A DNA stretch of 63,318 nucleotides, counting the filler, from Candidatus Desantisbacteria bacterium CG1_02_49_89 (GTDB lineage Bacteria; Desantisbacteria; UBA1551): NCBI GenBank assembly GCA_001871075.1. It is 4 parts of 4 records of this genome, joined end to end, with 100 filler letters (N's around TTAATTAATTAA, not from the genome) between each part and the next. Parts side by side here need not be neighbours in the genome. Positions count along the whole stretch, not along the records: positions 29,014 to 45,828 come from MNUP01000135.1; positions 45,929 to 63,318 come from MNUP01000142.1; 2 more parts are not named here. One strand, 5' to 3'. Both the position numbers and the translations under genes were made by a program. The notes below the pieces were generated by a model. That model was not told where the DNA came from and made no database searches. It saw only the letters and a list, made by a program, of their open reading frames with translations. Positions within the stretch are counted from its first letter, which is position 1. Each line of letters begins with the position of its first letter. Below, in pieces: positions 45,578 through 55,494 of this stretch.

Positions 45578-45760
45578 ATGCCGGTTTTGAAGACAAAGCT
45601 GAATAATGAGGAAAAAGAACTGGATTTTGAGCTGAAGTACCAACTGTCGCTGACAACAGAGCAGAGGTTCAGGATGATGTTTAAAAAATCAAGGGAAATG
45701 CAGGAGATGCTGCAGAAAAATGGACACCGAAAACCTTTTGAGGTCATTAAAAGAAAATAA
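45578..45760 (+). CDS. Small protein, probable partner of the downstream nucleotidyltransferase
   Basis: ELDFELKYQLSLTTEQRFRMM; promoter TTGACA-N16-TATAAT at 45498-45525; overlaps the next gene. Confidence 0.6.
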   Translation: MPVLKTKLNNEEKELDFELKYQLSLTTEQRFRMMFKKSREMQEMLQKNGHRKPFEVIKRK

Positions 45761-45828
45761 GGTAAAATTCGTTATCATAGGCGCCACTGCTTTTCCTGTG
45801 CACGGTTACAGCAGGGCAACCCTTGACA
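45720..45828 (+). CDS. Nucleotidyltransferase-family protein, N-terminal part (cut by the gap; not in the ORF track)
   Basis: MDTENLLRSLKENKVKFVIIGATAFPVHGYSRATLD (IG..A...HG..RATxD motif). Confidence 0.72.
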
Positions 45829-45928
45829 NNNNNNNNNNNNNNNNNNNNNNNNNNNNNNNNNNNNNNNNNNNNTTAATTAATTAANNNNNNNNNNNNNNNN
45901 NNNNNNNNNNNNNNNNNNNNNNNNNNNN
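45829..45928. other. Artificial assembly linker/gap
   Basis: N44-TTAATTAATTAA-N44. Confidence 0.97.
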
Positions 45929-47446
45929 CCAATCTGCCTCGTGCAGGCTGAAAGAACTGGAAAAGAACAAAGAGGAACCAGATTTATTCATTCAGAGGAT
46001 GTGAAGGAATATTTGATCAAACAATGCGGTATTTTAGAAGAACAGATAGCGATAAAAAGCAGCGAAAAGGATGACATTGAAGGCATTGATTTATTGAGCA
46101 AAGATTGCCAGATTCGATATATAATTACTAAACAAGCCTTGCAGGAAGGATGGGATTGTGCTTTTGCTTATATCCTTACGGTATTGACTAATCCGGGTTC
46201 TCAACTAAGTATTACTCAACTGGTTGGTAGAATTCTAAGGCAGCCAAAGGCAAAAAAAACAAAGGTAAAAGAGCTTGACGAAAGCTATGTTTTTTGTTTC
46301 AGGCAAAAAGCTAAAAATCTCCTTGAGAATGTAAAAGTAAGCTTTGAAGATGAGGGACTCGGAGACATAGCCGGGAGAATTACCATAGACGAGAGCGATG
46401 AACAGACGCTGAAAACAACAAAGGAAAGAACCGTTGGTTATAGGGAAGAATTTAAAAGATTTGAAGGAAAGATATATCTTCCTAAATTCGTTATTCAGGA
46501 GAATTCAAGCTGGCGCGATATCAATTATGAAATGGATATTTTAAGCAGGATAGACTGGGACGATATTGACATAAAGCCTTTAAGCGATATAACGCTTTCT
46601 AAAATACGGCAAGAAGAGCAAGAGGTAATAGTTGGTTTAAGTGATGATGAGAAGGAGGTCATAAAAGAGAAAAATAGGATTTCTAAAGCCGGGGGCTTGG
46701 AGATTGACAAGGTTTTTATAACCAGGCAGATTCTGGATATCGTTCCAAACCCCTGGGTTGCTTATGATATTGGCGTAAAAACTCTGGATATATTTCTAAA
46801 AAAAAGTGATAAGAAAATGGTTTCAACGAATCTTGCTTTTATCATTGAAGAACTAAGAAAAATTCTGGAAAAAGAAAAAGATAAATTAGCGGAACAAATA
46901 TTCAAGAAACTATTAGAAAACAAAACGTTGTGTTTCTTTTTAATTTCTGATAAGGGCGGCTATAAATTACCTGATACCATAAGGGTTAAAAATAATATAA
47001 AAGGACTTGTAAGAGATGACAATAGTCCCATACAGTTAAGCCTTTTTGATTTTGTCCCAGAAGAAGAATTAAATGAAACAGAAAAAACAGTTGCTCTTTA
47101 TCTTGATGAACAAGAGAAGCTTTTGTGGTGGTATAGAAATTTGTCACGGCAGGATTATTATGTGCAAGGGTGGAAGAAATACAAAATATATCCAGATTTT
47201 GTTTTTACGGATAAACGCCAAAAAACAAAGAGTGATTACAGTAAGATATTTGTGATAGAGACAAAAGGATTACATTTAAAAAACGAAGATACTGAGTATA
47301 AGAAGAATATTTTTAATTTTTGTAATAGCTTAGGACAGCAAAAAGATTGGAGAGATCTCAATCTTGAATTCAGCGATAAAAAAATTGAATTTCAGATTGT
47401 TTTTGAAGATGAATGGAGAAAACGAATAAACAAAATCTTTGAATAA
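45929..47446 (+). CDS. Type III restriction enzyme Res-like subunit, C-terminal part
   Basis: ALQEGWDC and QLVGRILRQP helicase motifs; YPDFVF..VIETKG nuclease motif; AT-rich; frame is open from the gap. Confidence 0.85.
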   Translation, partial: PICLVQAERTGKEQRGTRFIHSEDVKEYLIKQCGILEEQIAIKSSEKDDIEGIDLLSKDCQIRYIITKQALQEGWDCAFAYILTVLTNPGSQLSITQLVGRILRQPKAKKTKVKELDESYVFCFRQKAKNLLENVKVSFEDEGLGDIAGRITIDESDEQTLKTTKERTVGYREEFKRFEGKIYLPKFVIQENSSWRDINYEMDILSRIDWDDIDIKPLSDITLSKIRQEEQEVIVGLSDDEKEVIKEKNRISKAGGLEIDKVFITRQILDIVPNPWVAYDIGVKTLDIFLKKSDKKMVSTNLAFIIEELRKILEKEKDKLAEQIFKKLLENKTLCFFLISDKGGYKLPDTIRVKNNIKGLVRDDNSPIQLSLFDFVPEEELNETEKTVALYLDEQEKLLWWYRNLSRQDYYVQGWKKYKIYPDFVFTDKRQKTKSDYSKIFVIETKGLHLKNEDTEYKKNIFNFCNSLGQQKDWRDLNLEFSDKKIEFQIVFEDEWRKRINKIFE

Positions 47447-47461
47447 TCAGACGGAGTTTTT

Positions 47462-47932
47462 ATGAAAGAAAAAATGACGATAATACTTTTTTCCGGAGAG
47501 ATGGACAAGGCGATAGCGGCATTCACGCTTGCCGCGACCGCTGCCGCAAGCAACATGGACGTGTCTATATTTTTCACTTTCTGGGGCCTGAACATCCTGA
47601 AAAAGACGAAGTTCGCCCGGTCAGGGTCCCAGAACATAATGCAGAAAATGTTCAATTTCATGAGCACGTCAGCGCTGCCCATCACAAAGCTGAACATGTT
47701 CGGGCTGGGCCCGTGGATGATGAAGAAGCTGATGAAAAGATCAGGGATGGCGTCCCTTGAAGACCTGATGAGGACGGCAAGGGATCTTGGCGTGAAATAT
47801 ATAGCGTGCACCACAAGCTGCGGCGTGCTGGGGCTTACGAAGGAGAACCTTACCGGCGATGTGGACGAATTCGCCGGCGCCTCCACCTATCTTGCCGAAG
47901 CCGTTAACTCCAAAGTGAATTTGTTTATATAA
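47462..47932 (+). CDS. DsrE/DsrF/DrsH-like sulfur-relay protein
   Basis: FSGEMDKA, IFFTFWGLNILKK, YIACTTS. Confidence 0.9.
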   Translation: MKEKMTIILFSGEMDKAIAAFTLAATAAASNMDVSIFFTFWGLNILKKTKFARSGSQNIMQKMFNFMSTSALPITKLNMFGLGPWMMKKLMKRSGMASLEDLMRTARDLGVKYIACTTSCGVLGLTKENLTGDVDEFAGASTYLAEAVNSKVNLFI

Positions 47933-48053
47933 CCTAGTGCATAGTCTCATTAAAATTTGACAATAATTTATGGAACTAAATCCCCCCTGTCCCCCTTTGA
48001 TAAAGGGGGAGTAAGGGGGATTTGATTAGCAGGAATTGAAGAGACAGAGTACT

Positions 48054-48127
48054 AGTCGACAGTCCACAGTCGACAGACCACAGTTAAAATCATTAAAACT
48101 GTGGACCGTGGACTGTGGTCTATGGAC
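48054..48127. repeat. Inverted pair of 7-mer arrays (AGTCCAC / GTGGACT)
   Basis: Four units, a 15-nt AT spacer, then four reverse-complement units; preceded by the CCCCC/GGGGG hairpin at 47978-48023. Confidence 0.82.
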
Positions 48128-48144
48128 AAAGCCAGGAGTTATCC

Positions 48145-48372
48145 ATGAAAGCCGATAAAACACTGGACTGCACCGGGTTGTTCTGCCCGATGCCGATCGT
48201 AAAAACAAAGATCGAGCTTGACAAAATGAAGCCCGGAGAAGTGCTGGAAGTGCTCGCGGACGACCCCGGCTTTGAGAAAGACCTGCCTGCCTGGTGCAAA
48301 ACCACGGGCGGGCAGCTGCTGGCGATGGAAAAAGACGGCAATATGTTCAAAGGTTACGTGACAAAGAAATAG
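48145..48372 (+). CDS. TusA-family sulfurtransferase
   Basis: LDCTGLFCPMP, LEVLADDPG..DLPAWC. Confidence 0.92.
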   Translation: MKADKTLDCTGLFCPMPIVKTKIELDKMKPGEVLEVLADDPGFEKDLPAWCKTTGGQLLAMEKDGNMFKGYVTKK

Positions 48373-48542
48373 TTAACCACAGAGGCACGGAGAGTAATAT
48401 ATTTCAAATTTCAAATTGTAAATTGCAAAGTGCAAATTTACACTCCTTCAATCTACAATCTGAAATCTACAATCTACAATATGAAATAATCAGTAACTAT
48501 GACTCTATGACTCTTTGACTCTCGAATAATCAGGAAATCTAA

Positions 48543-48971
48543 ATGGGCATGTTAAAATCAAAAATAAGAATAAAGATCATAAAGAAAGCCAGAAGGGAAG
48601 ACATTGTCCGGTTGTACAAGGCCGCGGGGTGGTGGAAGCCCTGGTATTCCCCGGCTTTCGTTGACAGGCTCGCGCGCAGCTCTTTCTGTTTCGCGGGCGC
48701 GTTCGATAAAGGCAGCCTGGTAGGAATGGCAAGGAGTATATCAGACGGGATAAGCGACGCCTATATCCTTGACACGGTTGTCCTTAAACAATACAGGGGC
48801 AGGGGGATCGGGGTAAGCCTGGTAAAGGCGCTTATAAAATACATTAAAGCACGCGGCATTGACTGGGTCACGGTCATTGCCGAACCGGGAACAGAGAAAT
48901 TCTACAGGAAAGCCGGTTTCAGGATAATGAAGGATTTTACTCCGATGATCATAATAAAAAGGAAGAAATGA
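48543..48971 (+). CDS. GNAT family acetyltransferase
   Basis: LVGMARSISDG, YRGRGIG, FYRKAGF. Confidence 0.9.
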   Translation: MGMLKSKIRIKIIKKARREDIVRLYKAAGWWKPWYSPAFVDRLARSSFCFAGAFDKGSLVGMARSISDGISDAYILDTVVLKQYRGRGIGVSLVKALIKYIKARGIDWVTVIAEPGTEKFYRKAGFRIMKDFTPMIIIKRKK

Positions 48972-49861
48972 GCGAGCTGGACATATCCGCGTTCAAAGCC
49001 ATGGAGCTTCCGGATAAAAATATTTTTGAAAATGCGCTGAAACAGGATGCCAAAATCCTGTGCAACTTCAATTTCCAGAACCTTTTTATCTGGGGCGGCA
49101 TATTTAAAACCTTATGGAAGACATATAAGGAAAGGCTGATAATTTACGGCGGTGATAACGATCTTATCTATATGCCTGTGGGGAAGGATCTGAGTCTTCG
49201 AGAAATAATCGGGATCTCCGACGATTTCAAAAAACAGGGCAAAAGCGGGAATTATATATTTTTTGACGCGGATTACGCGGGAAAAAACAAAGAACTGTCC
49301 GGGTATTTCAGAATAGAGTCTGACAGGAATAATGCCGACTATATCTATTCAGCGGCGAAGCTGGTTGAGCTGAAAGGCAAAAAACTTCATAAAAAGAAGA
49401 ACCTGGTTTCGCAGTTTACCCGCAACAATCCCGGCTATACAATAAAAAATCTGGAAAAGCAATTCTTCGGCGAATGTTTCAGGCTTGCCGAAAAATGGTG
49501 CAAAGCAAGGAACTGCGACGAAATAGGCTTCACGCACGAAACATCCGCGCTGAAACGAGCGTTTGACAATTTTAAGGAACTGGGGTTTGAAGGGCTCCTG
49601 GTTTTCACCGGGGACAGGATGGCGGCCTTTTCGGTTTTCAGCAGGCAGAACAACAGGACCGCTGACGTGCATTTTGAAAAATACGACAGCGAGATAAAAG
49701 GTTCAGGGCAGGTAATCTGCTGGGAGACCGCAAAGCTCCTTCAGGCCGACTGCGAATTCATAAACAGGGAAGAGGATATGGGGCTTGAGGGCTTAAGGCA
49801 GTCAAAGCTTTCCTACGATCCCGGCCTTATCGTAATACCTTGTAAACTATACAGATTATAG
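48968..49861 (+). CDS. DUF2156 / phosphatidylglycerol lysyltransferase-like domain protein
   Basis: DYIY..LKGKKLHKKKN, VHFEK, INREEDMGLEGLRQSKLSYDP. Confidence 0.88.
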   Translation: MSELDISAFKAMELPDKNIFENALKQDAKILCNFNFQNLFIWGGIFKTLWKTYKERLIIYGGDNDLIYMPVGKDLSLREIIGISDDFKKQGKSGNYIFFDADYAGKNKELSGYFRIESDRNNADYIYSAAKLVELKGKKLHKKKNLVSQFTRNNPGYTIKNLEKQFFGECFRLAEKWCKARNCDEIGFTHETSALKRAFDNFKELGFEGLLVFTGDRMAAFSVFSRQNNRTADVHFEKYDSEIKGSGQVICWETAKLLQADCEFINREEDMGLEGLRQSKLSYDPGLIVIPCKLYRL

Positions 49862-50184
49862 CCACTGAAGCCACTGTCGCCACTTCGGTGACCCGCCGAT
49901 GAGGCGGGAGACTACCTTTGATGTAACTCAAACCTTCAGGTTTGATGTCAGGGCTCCCTCCTTAAAGATTTGCACCTTAAATATTGGCGCATCCGCCAAT
50001 TCTTAAGGCGGAGGCGGGTCTTCGAGAAGCCCTGAGTTACTCCGAAGGAGTCCCCTTGGGACAATTTCACAATTCCTTGAACCACGGTCGCCACTTCGGC
50101 GACCCGCCGATGAGGCGGGAACTTCGGAACCTCGGAACTAATTATAAAACTAATGGCTAATTGACTGCAGTTAACGGAGGAGAT

Positions 50185-50562
50185 ATGGTAAAGGAAAAAT
50201 TGGAAGTTTACAAGTGCAGCGTTTGCGGCAACATGGTGGAAGTTGTTTTCGTGGGCGGGGGAGAGCTGGTGTGCTGCGGAAAGCCCATGGTCCTGCAGAA
50301 GGAAAACACGGTTGACGCGGCAAAGGAAAAACACATTCCCGTTATCGAAAAAACATCTGACGGCGTTAAGGTAAAAATCGGGGCGGTGCAGCACCCGATG
50401 GAAGAAAAGCATTTTATACAGTGGATCGAGCTGCTTGCGGACGGCAAGGCATACCGCCAGTTCCTAAAGCCGGGGGACGCGCCTGAGGCGGTCTTCTGCG
50501 TGAAGGCGGACAAGGTGACCGCGCGCGAATACTGCAACCTGCACGGCCTGTGGAAAAATTAA
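50185..50562 (+). CDS. dfx: Desulfoferrodoxin (2Fe superoxide reductase)
   Basis: [38 protein letters not shown]. Confidence 0.95.
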   Translation: MVKEKLEVYKCSVCGNMVEVVFVGGGELVCCGKPMVLQKENTVDAAKEKHIPVIEKTSDGVKVKIGAVQHPMEEKHFIQWIELLADGKAYRQFLKPGDAPEAVFCVKADKVTAREYCNLHGLWKN

Positions 50563-50571
50563 GGAGGCAGA

Positions 50572-51636
50572 ATGAAAGCGATAATCCTCTTGGGCGGGAA
50601 GGGAACAAGGCTTCTGCCGTTGACGGCCCGCAAACCAAAACCGCTAATCTCGTTTTTCAACCGCCCGCTTCTGACATATCAGATTGAACTGATGAAGCAA
50701 TATGGGGTCAGCGAGATAATTTTTTCCCTTGGCCATCTTTCAGAAAGGATTGAAGGTTTCCTTAAGTCAGAAAAAAATCGGGGGATCTCAATAAAATGGA
50801 TAGTCGAAGAAGAATCGCTGGGCACGGCCGGCGCAGTTAAAAATGCACAGTCAATGCTCGGAAAGGAAACTTTTCTGATATTGAACGGAGATATTCTTAC
50901 GGGAATCAATCTTGCCAAACTGATTCATTTCCACCGCCTGAATAAATTAAGGGCTACAATTGCATTGACATCCGTGGATGACCCCACTGCTTACGGGCTT
51001 ATAAGGGTTGACAAAATCGGCGCTATTCAGCAATTTCTCGAAAAGCCCAGCTGGATAGAGGCCGGTACATGCAGAACAGTTAATGCGGGACTATATGTTT
51101 TTGAGCCGGAAGTTCTGTCTTATATACCGCCCAAAAGAAATTTTTCTCTTGAAAGGGAACTGTTCCCCATCCTTTTACAGAGAAAAGAAAAGTTTTTTGG
51201 ATGGGAGACTAAGGATTACTGGTTAGACGTAGGAACCCTTGAGAGATACAGGCAGGGGCACCGGGATATCCTGGAAAAAAAGATTATTTTTCCGTTTCTA
51301 TATTTTAGAAAAATAGAGGGAGGGGTCTGGCTTGAGGGAAGCTCAAGAATTTCTCCAAAGGCGAACTTCATCGGGCCCGTATTGATCGGAGACAATTGCA
51401 AAATTTCAGACGGGGTAGACGTTTCTCCTTTCACTGTTATTGGCGAGAATTGCATTATTGAAAACGGCGCCAACATAGCCAACAGTATTATTTTAAGAGG
51501 CACCCATATAGGTAAAAACGTTAAAATGAAAAGCTGCATTATCGGGGAGGCCTGCGAGATAGAGGACAACGCGGTGATATCTGACGGAGTAGCGCTGGGA
51601 GACAGGAGCATAGTAAAAGCGCACAGTCAGCTATGA
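50572..51636 (+). CDS. Mannose-1-phosphate guanylyltransferase-like NDP-sugar pyrophosphorylase
   Basis: LGGKGTRLLPLT..PKP, LGTAGA, NGD, FLEKP, YWLDVGT; hexapeptide C-terminus. Confidence 0.88.
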   Translation: MKAIILLGGKGTRLLPLTARKPKPLISFFNRPLLTYQIELMKQYGVSEIIFSLGHLSERIEGFLKSEKNRGISIKWIVEEESLGTAGAVKNAQSMLGKETFLILNGDILTGINLAKLIHFHRLNKLRATIALTSVDDPTAYGLIRVDKIGAIQQFLEKPSWIEAGTCRTVNAGLYVFEPEVLSYIPPKRNFSLERELFPILLQRKEKFFGWETKDYWLDVGTLERYRQGHRDILEKKIIFPFLYFRKIEGGVWLEGSSRISPKANFIGPVLIGDNCKISDGVDVSPFTVIGENCIIENGANIANSIILRGTHIGKNVKMKSCIIGEACEIEDNAVISDGVALGDRSIVKAHSQL

Positions 51637-53099
51637 ACGAAAAAAAGGGCGGGATAAAATTCGGGACAGACGGCTGGAGGGGCGTGATTGCCGGGGATTT
51701 CACGTTCGAGAACGTGAGAACTGTCAGCCAGGCAACCGCTGATTATCTGCTGTCGCGCGGCGCGGGCGGCGTTAAAGGGAAGCAGCGCGTGGTCGTGGGA
51801 TACGACACCCGATTTTTGTCAGAAGATTTCGCGCTGGCTGCCGCGGGGGTGGTGGCGGGCAACGGTTTAAAAGTTATCCTGAGCAGATCTTTTATACCCA
51901 GCCCGGCCCTCGCCTGGTCAGTCGTGAACATGAAAGCAAACCTGGGAATTATGATTACGGCAAGCCACAACCCGCCCGAATACAACGGCTTTAAAATCAA
52001 GGCGGAGTCCGGTTCGCCGGCAGACAGCCGGATCACGGGCGAGATTGAAAAATACCTGCGTAAGAATAGGCCGAAAGACAGCGGCGGCGTAACCACAAAG
52101 GATTTAATGCCGGGTTATCTGGAAAAACTGAGGGATCTCGTTGACATCAATCTGATAAAAAGGCGGCGTCTCAGGATAGTGCACGACCCGATGTTCGGGG
52201 CGGGGAGAGCCCTGCTCTCAAGGACCGCCGGGTCCGCCAGGTGCAGGATCTTTTCCATACACGACAGGCCTGACCCCAGTTTCGGCGGGCTGCGCCCTGA
52301 GCCGATCGGAAAATATCTGGGCGGCCTTGCCCGCGAGGTCAGGAAGAGACGGGCGGACATAGGCGTTGCTACCGACGGGGACGCGGACAGGATAGGGGTG
52401 GTTGACAATAACGGCAGGTACCTTACGCCGAACCAGGTTTTCCCCCTCATACTTTTATATCTGGCGGAAGAAAAAAAGCTGAAGGGGAAGGTAGTGCAGA
52501 CGATTTCCCTGGGTTATCTGGGAGAAAGGATCGCGGATTTCTTCGGCCTGCCGTTTCAGGAGGTTCCCGTGGGGTTCAAATACGTGGCCGCCTCCATGAT
52601 GGCGGAGGATGTTCTGGCCGGCGGGGAGGAAAGCGGAGGGTTCGGGCACCGGAATTATATCCCGGAGAGAGACGGCACCCTGAACTCCCTTATTCTGCTT
52701 GAGATGCTTGCCGTGAAGCGCAGGAAACTTTCCCTGATCTGCAAAGATCTCCAGCAAAGGTTCGGCAGGTCGTATTACGACAGAGTGGACCTGGCGCTTG
52801 AAAATGCCGGGGCAAAGAAAGAAGGTTTTAAAAAAGAGCTGACAGAAGCGATCGCGAAAAGGATACCCGGGAAGATCGCAGGGATGAAGGTCAGGGAAGT
52901 CAGAACGTATGACGGGGTGAAACTCATACTCGGTTCCAGGGGCATTACGGGGGGAGAGGCCTGGCTCCTGCTAAGGCCTTCGGGCACCGAGCCCCTTGTC
53001 AGGGTTTACGCCGAGGCAGACAGAGAATATAAAATGAAAAAATTGCTGGATACGGGCAAAAAAATTGTACATGATTGTTTCAGAAAGGATAAAAAATGA
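51633..53099 (+). CDS. Phosphoglucomutase/phosphomannomutase
   Basis: FGTDGWRG, ITASHNP, DGDADR, GEESGG, RPSGTEP. Confidence 0.95.
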   Translation: MNEKKGGIKFGTDGWRGVIAGDFTFENVRTVSQATADYLLSRGAGGVKGKQRVVVGYDTRFLSEDFALAAAGVVAGNGLKVILSRSFIPSPALAWSVVNMKANLGIMITASHNPPEYNGFKIKAESGSPADSRITGEIEKYLRKNRPKDSGGVTTKDLMPGYLEKLRDLVDINLIKRRRLRIVHDPMFGAGRALLSRTAGSARCRIFSIHDRPDPSFGGLRPEPIGKYLGGLAREVRKRRADIGVATDGDADRIGVVDNNGRYLTPNQVFPLILLYLAEEKKLKGKVVQTISLGYLGERIADFFGLPFQEVPVGFKYVAASMMAEDVLAGGEESGGFGHRNYIPERDGTLNSLILLEMLAVKRRKLSLICKDLQQRFGRSYYDRVDLALENAGAKKEGFKKELTEAIAKRIPGKIAGMKVREVRTYDGVKLILGSRGITGGEAWLLLRPSGTEPLVRVYAEADREYKMKKLLDTGKKIVHDCFRKDKK

Positions 53100-54310
53100 G
53101 ATCTCTATTGATAATTTCGAGCTATCCGCCGAGGTTCTGCGGGATCGCTACTTTTGTTGAGGAAGCGGTTGAATTCATGAAAAAAGCAAGGCCGGATACA
53201 AAGATCGAGATAATCTCGCACACGGACGGGGCGGGAGAAGGCGTCCATCCGGTCATTGACCTGAAGGACAAGAGGTGGTATGCCGGGGTCGCGGAAAAAA
53301 TAAGGAGACTGAACCCCGACGCGATCCACATCGAGCATGAATACGGGCTGTATAATTACCAGGGAAGGGATCCCCGCAACAGGGAATTCATCAGGCTGCT
53401 CGATCTGATAAAGGACTATCCCACGGTGATAGAGGCGCACACGATCCACGGAAGGTTAAAGGAAAGCGAGGAATGGTTTATTAAGGAACTGCTGAAGAGA
53501 TGCACGGTCCTGATCGTAAAATGCGAGTACCAGAAATGGAGGCTTTACTGGACATTTAAGGATAACAAGAAAATAAAAAAACTGCTCGGCAAGGTTACGG
53601 TAGTTCCTCACGGAGCGCGGCCCGACCGCAGGTACGGCGACGAAGAGATAAACCTTCTGAAAGAGGAACTCGGGCTGGAAGAACTCAGGGGGAAACACAT
53701 GGCCGGAATGGTCGGCTGGGTCCAGTATAACAAGAGATGGGATATAGTGATCAATATGTGGGAAGAGATCGAGAAGGCAATTTACCAGAAAACGAAACAG
53801 CACTGGCTGCTGTTCGGCGCCGGGGACATAAGAGACGAGGATGACAGGGAGGAATATTCGAAATACGTCATGACCCTGAAGGGCCTGGAAAAGAAGGGGA
53901 TCGGAAAATATTTTAAATTCACCCCGCGCGGAGAAATTTATTACAAGGTCATGGCAATATGCGATTTTATCGCCCTTACTTCGGTGGACGAAACGCAGTC
54001 CGGAACGCTGGCGCGCATTATTGCCACGAACACCCCGTATATCACCACCGCACCCCTTGAAGGGCTTACCGCCCAGACGGTTGACAGCCAGGGCGGGCTG
54101 TTGTTTACCGACAGGGACTCGCTGAAGGACGGCATAATCAAGCTTGCCTGCAGCGAGAAATTAAGAAGGAAATTCGGGGACAACCTTAAGAAATACCTCG
54201 ATACGAAAGTAAACTGGGAAATCGTCGCAAGGCGGTATTACGAGATCCATCAAAAGGCGATAGATGCAAAAACAGGGAGAGCGCAGATCAACTTTCCGCC
54301 GAATCTATAG
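53096..54310 (+). CDS. GT4-family glycosyltransferase (mannosyltransferase-like)
   Basis: SSYPPRFCGIATF, HEYGLY, VPHG, TQSGTL. Confidence 0.82.
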   Translation: MRSLLIISSYPPRFCGIATFVEEAVEFMKKARPDTKIEIISHTDGAGEGVHPVIDLKDKRWYAGVAEKIRRLNPDAIHIEHEYGLYNYQGRDPRNREFIRLLDLIKDYPTVIEAHTIHGRLKESEEWFIKELLKRCTVLIVKCEYQKWRLYWTFKDNKKIKKLLGKVTVVPHGARPDRRYGDEEINLLKEELGLEELRGKHMAGMVGWVQYNKRWDIVINMWEEIEKAIYQKTKQHWLLFGAGDIRDEDDREEYSKYVMTLKGLEKKGIGKYFKFTPRGEIYYKVMAICDFIALTSVDETQSGTLARIIATNTPYITTAPLEGLTAQTVDSQGGLLFTDRDSLKDGIIKLACSEKLRRKFGDNLKKYLDTKVNWEIVARRYYEIHQKAIDAKTGRAQINFPPNL

Positions 54311-54355
54311 GACCGGGCGGCAGTACCCGGAAAATTACGGACAGGGAGCGGAGTT

Positions 54356-55492
54356 ATGAAGGTCATATGCGTCAGCACTTACCCGCCGAGGGAATGCGGC
54401 ATCGCGACTTTTGCCAGAGACCTGATTACCGCGATAGAAAAAGTATCGCCGGAAGTAAGGTTCGATGTCGTCGCGGTCAACCAGCCGGGCGCGGTTTATA
54501 ACTACGATCCGAGAGTCAAGGCCAGGCTCAGGGCCGATGATCTAGCGGAATACCTGGACCTTGCATCCAGGATAAACGATTCAAGCGCCGGGCTGGTCCT
54601 TGTGCAGCACGAATTCGGCATTTATGGGGGGCAAAGCGGCAGCCATATCACGTATTTCCTCAGGGCGCTTAAAAAACCCGTTGTGACGACACTGCATACC
54701 GTGCTTCCGAAGCCTGACCCTTCGCAAAAAGCCGCGATCAGGGACATCGTGTGTTACAGCACGCATGTTGTCGTAATGGCGCGCAGGGCGATCCGGATAT
54801 TAAAAGATGCTTACGGGGTGCAGGTTAATAAGATAAGGATGATACCGCACGGCACCCCGGATTTCAAAAAGGTTTCAGGCACCACCATGGATGAATTCCT
54901 GGACGGATATTCGGAAAGGATCATTATTTCCACATTCGGCCTGCTCAGCGAAGGCAAGGGCATTGAATACGCGATCATGGCGATGCCCGGGGTTATTGAA
55001 AGGCACCCCGCGGCCACATATTTCGTGATCGGGGAAACGCATCCCGAGATAAGAAAAAGAGAAGGCGAGTGTTACAGGAACAAGCTGATAAAGCTGGCAA
55101 AAGACCTGAAGATCCGGGATAACGTCAAGTTCCATAACAAATACATGACCCAGAGGGAGATCATCCGCTACCTGCAGGCGGCAAGTGTCTACGTAACCCC
55201 GTATCTCAACCCCGACCAGATCACAAGCGGGACGCTGGCATACGCCCTGTCCTGCGGCAAGGCGATAGTCTCGACTCCTTACATTTACGCGAAAGAAGTC
55301 CTGGCGGACGGAAGGGGGCTGCTTGCCGGCTTCAGGGATCCCTGCTCGCTTACCCGGAAGATAAATATGATACTGGGGAACGAAGGCCTTAAAAGAAGCA
55401 TGGAAAAGAAGGTATATGCCTACAGCCGCAAGATGCTGTGGCCAAGGGTGGGCAGGAAATATGCCTGCCTTTTCAAGGAGGCGCTGAAATAA
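54356..55492 (+). CDS. GT4-family glycosyltransferase (mannosyltransferase-like)
   Basis: STYPPRECGIATF, QHEFGIYGG, FGLLSEGKGIE, QITSGTLAYA. Confidence 0.9.
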   Translation: MKVICVSTYPPRECGIATFARDLITAIEKVSPEVRFDVVAVNQPGAVYNYDPRVKARLRADDLAEYLDLASRINDSSAGLVLVQHEFGIYGGQSGSHITYFLRALKKPVVTTLHTVLPKPDPSQKAAIRDIVCYSTHVVVMARRAIRILKDAYGVQVNKIRMIPHGTPDFKKVSGTTMDEFLDGYSERIIISTFGLLSEGKGIEYAIMAMPGVIERHPAATYFVIGETHPEIRKREGECYRNKLIKLAKDLKIRDNVKFHNKYMTQREIIRYLQAASVYVTPYLNPDQITSGTLAYALSCGKAIVSTPYIYAKEVLADGRGLLAGFRDPCSLTRKINMILGNEGLKRSMEKKVYAYSRKMLWPRVGRKYACLFKEALK

Positions 55493-55494
55493 AG

